Part shown: in pieces, positions 10,283 to 19,200 of the stretch
Layout of the letters: every line of letters starts with the position of its first letter
How positions within the stretch are numbered: position 1 is the first letter of the stretch
NCBI GenBank assembly: GCA_050173015.1
Contig: JBFXLE010000007.1
Location: 1 to 64,000, forward strand
Direction of reading: 5' to 3'
Length of the DNA stretch: 64,000 nt
DNA from: Calditrichaceae bacterium
GTDB lineage: Bacteria > Calditrichota > Calditrichia > Calditrichales > JBFXGD01
The notes under the pieces: model-generated
What the model was told of the DNA's origin: nothing
The model's database searches: none
What the model saw: only the letters and a program-made list of their open reading frames with translations
Translations under genes and position numbers: made by a program

Positions 10283-10951
10283 ATGTGGGAAACGGTAAAA
10301 ATTAGAATTGATGAGAATCGATATACCACCGGCTTGCTGACACCGGGATCAAACCTTAAAGCGGGAATTATTCTGGCGCACGGAGCCGGGGGTGACATGC
10401 ACAATGAATTGCTTTCCGCGTTTCATGAATATTTTGCCGGAAAAGATCATTCAATCCTTCGATTTAATTTCCTGTACAAAGACTTGGGAAAAAAAGCGCC
10501 GGACCGGCAACCTGTTCTTATTGAGGTCTACCAAAAAGCGATCGCTTTTTTTATGAAATCGTGCGACACAAACGGAAAATTAATCATCGGCGGAAAATCG
10601 ATGGGGGGACGCGTCGCTTCTTATCTTACTTCTTCTATGGATATTTCGGGATTACTTCTACTGGGATATCCTCTTCACCCGGCCGGGCATCCTGAAAAAA
10701 TCAGGGATGAGCATCTCTATAATCAGAATCTGCCCATGTTATTTATCCAGGGCACAAAAGATGCTCTGTGTAATTATGATCTGATGACGGATGTTTCGAA
10801 GCGTATTGGGCCATCCGCGACTTTGATTCCTGTTAAAGAAGGAAATCATTCTTTCTCCGTACCGAAAAGGACAGGCCTTTCGAAGGGCGAAATTTTCAAA
10901 TCGATCATCCATAATACAGACAAATGGATTCAATCAAATTTTATCATATAA
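10283..10951 (+). CDS. Alpha/beta hydrolase (KANL3/Tex30-like)
   Basis: LAHGAG, GGKSMGGR nucleophile elbow, GYPLHP, QGTKD, GNHS. Confidence 0.85.
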   Translation: MWETVKIRIDENRYTTGLLTPGSNLKAGIILAHGAGGDMHNELLSAFHEYFAGKDHSILRFNFLYKDLGKKAPDRQPVLIEVYQKAIAFFMKSCDTNGKLIIGGKSMGGRVASYLTSSMDISGLLLLGYPLHPAGHPEKIRDEHLYNQNLPMLFIQGTKDALCNYDLMTDVSKRIGPSATLIPVKEGNHSFSVPKRTGLSKGEIFKSIIHNTDKWIQSNFII

Positions 10952-11102
10952 TTTAATATTCTATAATTCCAGGTATATCAAAAGACCTGCTTCAATAATT
11001 ACATCATGATTCGTATCCAGAAATTTGGAATCATCATGGTTATTTTATAATTTTACCGATTAATTGTGTACTAAAATCAAAAATTAATATCAAGAAATAA
11101 AT

Positions 11103-13067
11103 ATGTTACAGATTCAGAACCTGAGTTATTCAATCGGCGAACGGGATTTGCTTAAAGAAATATCCTGGATTATAAATCCCGGATTACGCGTCGCCTTGAT
11201 CGGACCAAACGGCGCCGGAAAAACGACACTCCTGCGAATATTGAACGGTGAATTGGAGACATCCCGCGGAAACATTGTTAAACCGAGGACTTATAAAATC
11301 GGTTATCTGCCCCAGGAGGAGATCTCTGTCGATACGGGATCCATTCTGAGTCTGGTCCTCGAAGGCCACCAGGAGATCATCGAAATCGAAGATGAGATGA
11401 ATTCGATTCATTCGCGACTTGAATTTGAGGCAGGCGATCAGACATCAATACTCGAACGACTCGGGGATTTAGAATCCAGATATTCTGTTCTTGGCGGTTA
11501 TGAGCTTGAATCTCTTGCCAAAAAAATATTAGTCGGATTGGGATTTAAGCAAACCGATTTTCACCGCCCCGTCTCTGACTTCAGCGGCGGTTGGAGAATG
11601 CGGGGTTATCTTGCCAGAATCCTTATCCAGCAGCCTGATCTTTTACTTCTTGATGAACCTACAAATCACCTTGATCTGGAATCGCTCGAGTGGCTTGAAG
11701 TTTATCTCAGAAGCTTTTCCGGCAGTATGATCATCGTCTCGCACGACCGGTTTTTTCTGGACCGCCTGGCCCAGGAAATCGCGGAACTGGAGCGTGGAAA
11801 ACTAACGCATTACGCGGGAAATTATCGGTTTTTTGAAAAAAAGAAGGCTTTGATTCATGAGCAACTTCTTAAGAAATGGGAGGAACAGAAAGAGGAACGG
11901 GAACGGCTGCAAAAATTTATCGATCGGTTTCGTTATAAAGCTACAAAGGCCGCTCAGGTTCAAAGCCGTGTAAAAAGACTGGAAAAATTAGAGGAAATTG
12001 AAATCCCAAAAGAAGCCAAAGCCATTCATTTTAAAATCAAAGCGGATGTGGTAAGTTACCGGGAAGTCCTCCACATTGGTGATCTGGATTTCCGGTACGA
12101 TACGGAGTGGGTGCTTCGCGGTCTCAATCTAAATATCGTACGAGGCGAAAAAGTAGCGCTTGTCGGCGTTAACGGCGCCGGTAAAACCACTTTAACACGA
12201 TTGATTACCGAAGAGTTAAAACCGGTTTCCGGAACACTCCATCTTGGTGAACGCGTTCAGACCGGATATTACGCGCAACATCAGGTCGATACTTTAAATC
12301 TGAATAACTCCATTTATGAAGAAGTCGCGTCTGCGGCCGCGCGTTCGTTTCAGCCCAAATTACGGGATATTCTGGGAGTGTTTCAGTTCAGCGGCGGAGA
12401 TATTGAAAAAAGGATCGGTGTTCTCTCCGGTGGTGAAAAGGCAAGAGTTTCCCTGGCTAAAATTTTATTATCTCCCAGTAATTTTCTAATCATGGATGAG
12501 CCCACAAACCATCTCGATTTAAAGTCGAAGGAAGCCCTGGAACAAGCTCTGATAGATTATGACGGAACATTGTTACTGATATCCCATGACCGTTACTTTC
12601 TGGATAAACTTGTGAATCGTGTGATTGAACTTAGGGATGGTAAACTCACGGAATATTTAGGCAATTATTCCGAATATCTTTCCAGAAGAGAAGACACAAC
12701 GGACAGTACACCCGTGGCTGAAACATCGAGGCCGGAAGACCCCGGAAAACCTGTTTTAAAAAAATCTAAAGAACAGAAACGGCTTGAAGCAGAGGCCAGA
12801 CAAAATGTAAGCAAAGAACGAAACAGGGTTAAAAAGGAAATAGACCGCCTGGAAGAAAAACTCGACACTTTAACAAAACGACAATCAGATCTTGAAAGTC
12901 AGTTAGCTGACCCGAAAACCTATCAGAACGCAGATCTGGTTACAAGTTTACAGCTCGAATACAACCGGATTTCCGAAGAGGTTCCCGTATTGGAAATAAA
13001 ATGGGAAAAGGCGCAATTGGAATACGAGTCAATTCTGACCGCGATGGAGCAAGCCTTAAATCAATAA
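11103..13067 (+). CDS. ABC-F family ATP-binding protein
   Basis: Two ABC domains (GPNGAGKTT, GVNGAGKTT, FSGGW, LSGGE, DEPTNHLD x2), no TM segments, C-terminal coiled coil. Confidence 0.93.
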   Translation: MLQIQNLSYSIGERDLLKEISWIINPGLRVALIGPNGAGKTTLLRILNGELETSRGNIVKPRTYKIGYLPQEEISVDTGSILSLVLEGHQEIIEIEDEMNSIHSRLEFEAGDQTSILERLGDLESRYSVLGGYELESLAKKILVGLGFKQTDFHRPVSDFSGGWRMRGYLARILIQQPDLLLLDEPTNHLDLESLEWLEVYLRSFSGSMIIVSHDRFFLDRLAQEIAELERGKLTHYAGNYRFFEKKKALIHEQLLKKWEEQKEERERLQKFIDRFRYKATKAAQVQSRVKRLEKLEEIEIPKEAKAIHFKIKADVVSYREVLHIGDLDFRYDTEWVLRGLNLNIVRGEKVALVGVNGAGKTTLTRLITEELKPVSGTLHLGERVQTGYYAQHQVDTLNLNNSIYEEVASAAARSFQPKLRDILGVFQFSGGDIEKRIGVLSGGEKARVSLAKILLSPSNFLIMDEPTNHLDLKSKEALEQALIDYDGTLLLISHDRYFLDKLVNRVIELRDGKLTEYLGNYSEYLSRREDTTDSTPVAETSRPEDPGKPVLKKSKEQKRLEAEARQNVSKERNRVKKEIDRLEEKLDTLTKRQSDLESQLADPKTYQNADLVTSLQLEYNRISEEVPVLEIKWEKAQLEYESILTAMEQALNQ

Positions 13068-13236
13068 CACTCTCAATTATCAGAAAAAGAAATATTAGTT
13101 TGCGATTACTGATCCTGCTTTTTAATTCAAAATGAAGCAGAGATTGTTACAAATATGAATTCTGTTAAAGAACGGAATAATACTTGAATATCTTCAACAT
13201 GGCCGTAAGTATCACCTATTTCGCCGAACTATCGTA

Positions 13237-16200
13237 TTAATGTGACTCATATCCTTTTAATCCGCCCTTTGGCACAATTAGCTTAAAAACATCTCGGCAG
13301 ATTTCAATCATTTCTCCATCCACATTGATAAACTCGGAACCATTTTTTTTGAATAGCGGAATATTTGAAAGTTCAAAAACTTCTTTTATCTTTTCAATAT
13401 AGTATTTCCATTCCGTATCTGTAAACTCTTTGACCTTTCCATGGGTGTACTGAGCCTCCATTAACCTGTTTTTGGGATCAAAAAAGACAAAATTACCACG
13501 GGAAGCCCCGCCGAGCATTTTTGTCCCGAGATAGGGTCTTTCATTCAGACATAATTGTCCACGGGTATTAAAGTGCATTCCGCCAAAGAAAAAGTTTCCG
13601 CCCATTAATGATTCTCCGGCATATTTTGTCGCCGATCCGAGAATAAATACTTCAAGATCCTGGCACCGACTGTCGTTGACAGAATTCGTCCAGCAACGAT
13701 CAACCACATTCCCCATGATGAATACTTTTCCTCCTTTGGAAGCGTATCCGCAAACCTTTCCCGCATTTCCATATACATACAAATTTCCGTGATGCATACC
13801 CATGGCGCAGAAATTTTGAGCATTTCCATGAAGCCGGATCGTTCCACCCTGCATAAAAGCTCCAAAATACTCACCCGCGGATCCGTACACATCCATTACC
13901 ACATCATCCGTGTCACCGCCGCCCATTACCGCTGTCGAAATCAGTCTTTGCCCGGCTGCCCTGTGGATGAGATATTTTCTCCATCCCATATCATAAGCTC
14001 TGTTTAAAAACGCTGCAAGTGACAGCGCAGGATCTGAACCCTCGGGCAAAAAATGACCGGCGTCTACTACAATGACATGATTATCACCTGGTGAGATATT
14101 AAAAGACTCCGCGCCCTCGCGATTAACCTGAACAAGACCAGTGAACTGCGGCTCTTTTGATCTGTCCAACAACTGATCAATAAAATATTGTGACATATCG
14201 ATCAATGAACTTTGAGCTTTATCACCCGGGTCTAGTGTTCGGATCGAATCCCTAAACCAGGTCATTGTTTCAAGATTTTTAAGAAATGCTCCAGTATTAT
14301 CTGTTTCAGCCACTAATTTATTCAGAAGCCAGCCAAGATCATTGAATGTGATTACCGATAAATTTTTTCTAAAAAACACTTTGAAGTCTTTTTCCCAACC
14401 TATAAACTTAGTGGCATCAGAAGGCTCAACCAGTTTCGCGCGTCTGATACTGTGATGTTTTCCCATTGACTCAATACTGATTTCCTTGCCGTATCTATCG
14501 ATAAATTCGAATCCTGTAATCTTGTTACTGTCATCATAATGGTAGCGGCTGATCATTCCCGAACTAACCAATACTTTATCCGGCATAACGCCGTCGATGA
14601 GTCCATCTTTATCCAGTAACTCCAGTATTTTATTCAGCGCCTGTTCTTCTGAAGCAATCATACTAAAAACACGGTCTCCATCTTTCCAGAACGCGCTGAC
14701 ATTGGGGCGAAGATCAGCAGGATCTTTTAAATCGACACGTTCAGTTATTTTTTTCTGCGGATCATGACGAAGACAAAGATACTGGTAAGGCCCGTCCGGT
14801 GAGCTGGCGAATTCAACCCGCTGAATCTGTTCCAGCTTTGGTTTCAAATCGGGATCGATCAGTTTTAAATCATCCCCGGTTGTGGGTGAAAAACTTTCAA
14901 ACATCGCCCAATCGGGATACGCCCATTCATCCGCGATCAGATGAAATTTCAGCGCTGCGACATCTGTATCGGTGGATGCAAGGGGTGACAGACCAAATTG
15001 TTCCACCCGCTGCCTGAGCGCTTCATAATTTGTTGTTTCACCGTTATGGGTCAATGCGGTATGAAGTTTTGTGAATGGATGCGCGTTCATCTGTTCAACG
15101 ACAGAACCTGTTGCAAGCCGCACATGTATGATGTTATTGGGCGCGTCAGGAGTCTGCCAGGGTATTACACGTCCCGCCGTTTTCCAGGTTGCAAAATTTT
15201 TCCCGCAGGACATTACCGCAGCGATTTTAAATTCTCTTGTTTTATACATATGTTTATTGTGTTCAAAAGGATATTCCCTGATAAATTCTCTCAGCAAGGA
15301 CAGGAGATCGATACTTAATTTTTCATACTCTGACTGATTTATATTTTTAATGTCAATATCCACATTGCGTGATTCCGCGAATTTGTTCAATCTCTCCGCG
15401 TCTATATTCGAAGTGTAAAGAATACGCGTTAAATTAATGGAATGATCAAAAACATATAAATCTTCCGCTTTCTGGAGAAAATCGGGCTGATCTTTGTAAT
15501 TTTCTTTTGTCACGTTTGGAAACTGATGTATCAGAAAGTGCGACCAGTCATATTTGAGCAGAGTATCTTCCACATATTTATAAATAACGTCTTTCTTTAC
15601 GCGCGTAAAAAATCTGAAAATATCACCAGGATCGGTATTTTCATCTCCGAAATGCCTGAAATCAATCTCTTCGCCTTCCTCATCCAGTTTATAAATGTCC
15701 CTCACTTTTTGCACATCTGTTTCAGCATAGAAATCAAAAAACGGATCCAGAAATACAGATTTAATTTTGTGCATGATTTCTTCTCTCAGATAAAGGGTGA
15801 GCTTTCGAGCTTCTTTCCTGAGAATAATTTCATCAAAAGCGCGGCCCTCCGCCTGCCACTGAAGAGACAAATTTGATTCAATGTCTTTTTGTAATACCCC
15901 CTTCACCATAATACTATAGCCGTATTCATTCTGATGATCCGGGAAACACAATGACTTTGCCACACCGACGCCATCCATCCCGCGGTTGCGCATGGCGTTC
16001 AAGGCGCTGTCAAGAATGTATCCCGGGACAGGCATTGATCCGTTAATAGCCGCGACTCCGCAATTGCTTTGTCCCGTGGTGTGTTCCATCCGCTCAACAA
16101 AAAGCCTTTCATCCATTTCAATTTCTTTTTGAATTTCTTTGTTAACCCGGAAACGATGATCTACCCGTTCCTTAAGCCCAATCCAGTGTAATTTATCAAA

Positions 16201-19200
16201 CCGGCCCCGCAATTCACGAATGTCTTTAAATCCAAGAGCGGCGATTCCCCGAATAACGTGCATTTGCATCATGGTAAAAGCATTAATCATCTGGATTGTA
16301 TTTTTTTCTACATCACGTAGTTTCTGCATCGTCAGATTACTCGTGGCAATACCTCTTGAACATCCATCATGACAATTCCTGTTTCTGTCACATCCGATAG
16401 CAACCAGCGGAGCTGTACCCCAGATTATACCATCTGCTCCCAATGCAATTGACTTTATTACATCTTCATAAGTTCGGATACCGCCTGACACCAAAAAATT
16501 AACATGGTTTCTCAAACCGTCTTTGACCAGCCTGGAGTGAATGAGGGGAATCGCGTATTCGATATGCATACCCATTTGTCCCTTGATAATATTCGGGGAC
16601 GCGCCCGTCCCCCCTCGTGGTCCATCAAGCCAGATTTCAATTTTCATTCCGAATTTACGGGCATATTCTTTTACTTCATCGGTATAATCTTCAGGATCAA
16701 TGTCACCAAACCTGGTCTTTATGATCTCTTCCGTATTGTCCTTCGCGATTCTTCCCAAGCCGGTTGCAATAAACTCAATGTCGATCGATGGTGACACTTT
16801 CACCGAAATGACCGCGCCCGGATTGATCATATGCACTACATCAATAAACGCCTTGACATCTTCTATTGAATAACAATTGTGAAACGGAAACGGAGATATG
16901 ATACTGGAATAAGAATAATTTATCACTGTTTCACAAAGCCCGATAAGATTTTCAAAATCTATATCATCCAATACTTTTTCTTTATGTAATCGATACACCG
17001 CTTCCTGGAATTCAAAAAGTATCTCTTTCAGATTTTCAGTAACCGTCTGTAATTCCTGCGCTTCATCGATGATTTTCAATCCGGATTGTGCGATATCTTT
17101 TAGCGGGTGACTTTCTTTCTTTATGATTTTATTAAGCTGCCCGAAAAGCCCTTCAATCCTTTGCGCATTGATTTTCTCAACGCCTTCAATCCCGCGAAGA
17201 TAGGAAACAAGTTTATTGACTTTCTTTGCCAGAATGTGCCCGCCGATGCCCATTTTCGCGCCCTGGCTATAAGCGATAACAACTCTGCGAGCTTTCCGGA
17301 TGGTTTCCTTTGTGACGCCGAATAATCCCGTTTTCATCTCCGTCGAAACAAATGGCTCGTCATCTTTATCAACAACGACCATAAAATGAAACGGCTTTAA
17401 TGACGGATAATGTTTAATCTGTTCAAAGATTTCCGGATTTGATTCTTCTGTTATGCCTTCCGTACGCAGGATTGATCTGATTTCATCAATCGTATATTGC
17501 TCTCCGCTTACAAACAGCGGGCGAATGAGCTGGATGACATTTTCTGAAAAGAAAACCGGTTCGCCCTTTGAATTAAGAAAGAAGCTTGTAGGATACCCCC
17601 CTTCACCGGTATCATATTGAATTCCGAGTTCCCGGGCAGCTATAACATGTGCTCTCCAGGTATCAAGCCCAATGGAGCCGACTGATTTTCCTCCAAACAT
17701 CCAGGGAGCTTCTAAGACAAGATCCTTATCCAATGACAAAGCCGTCCGGACTTCATTCAACGCTGAATCCGGTATATCCATCGGATCTTTGTTATAAAGG
17801 ATTTTCATAACATCAAAACCGTCACCCAACAAACCCGTCGGTTTAACATTCCTGAAGTCAAGCATTGAAAGATCACCCGATGCCATTTTACCAAGCGATT
17901 CTATAAGAGATCCCGGCCACACATAATCCCTTTTGTAGAGAGTTTGATTTGTATCTCCCAACCGGTAAAAATTGTGTGGTGAATTGAGCGGCTTGATTTT
18001 ATCCTTCAAATTTTGATAGGTCCTGATGTATTTATTGTCAATAAATTCACCGGCTATGATTTCCCCGTTTAATTTCTCATACCCCCCAATAAGTGACTCG
18101 TTCTCAAAAACATCTCTCTGCAGGCGGTTTTCGAGCTGATGGAAATCGATCAGCCGGCCTTCTTCACCAACCGTTTTCTTGATATCTTTAAAGCCGGATG
18201 CTCCCAATACTTCAAGAATCTGAACTTTTCTGGACTCAGCCTGATTATTCAATCTCTTAACAGCCTCCTCAATATCAAGACTAAGCAACTTTTCAGTGGT
18301 GGTTTTTTCTTCAACTATAGCTTTATAAGAAGTCGGATCAAGCGCGAGCAAAGCGGCAAAATCGATCATTGTGCCTTCCGCACCCCGTTGAATTGTTTTT
18401 TGAGAGTCGGATGCGAGACGAATTCCTCCGGATGCGATGAGGCTCAATTCATGCCTCCGGCCGATCCGCATCAGATAATGATGAAGTGCCCTGACGGCGC
18501 CGGACGTTACAAAATATTCATCTTTATTTCGCATCCCGTGTATATGCAGAATATCAATTCCCTGATCCAGCAGATGGTTCACCTTTTCCTTGACTTTTCT
18601 CGCAGGGCTCAGCGAGCCAATCAGATCATACTCTGAAATTTCAATATACCCGCTTATCAGCGGTGCTTGTTTATCAGCCGCTTCCACTGATTCACGAATA
18701 TAACTGAGCGTCCGTTCGATATTTGGATGATACTCAACTTCAAAAACAGGCATCTGCCATAAATCGGTCAAAAACTCGCGATTTGTACGCGGATTGACGA
18801 TCAGTCGATGGATCAGTTCATGATCGACCCGCGGTATAATGACCCGCGGCAGATGTTCATATTCTCCCTCTTTTATAATAAAATTATAATTTTCCAGAAG
18901 TCTTTCGAGTTCGATCGCCACAAGTGTCTTCTGCTTTTCAGCCACTTTGATCAAGGCCAGCTCGACCCTGCCGTTACTTTCCAGACTGACCGTATTATAT
19001 AAGATGGGACTCATCAGCTTAATTGTCGGGTAAGGCTCATTGAGCAGGCTGCCCTTGTTGTCAAATCTGCAATAACTGTCCCTTTTCCCCAGAATAATAG
19101 AAAGCTCCTCATCCGGGTCTCCCTCATGCAATCTGTTTTGCGCGGGACCGACAATATGAAAATGCGCGAATCGCTCGGCATCAAAACCGATTCCCATATG

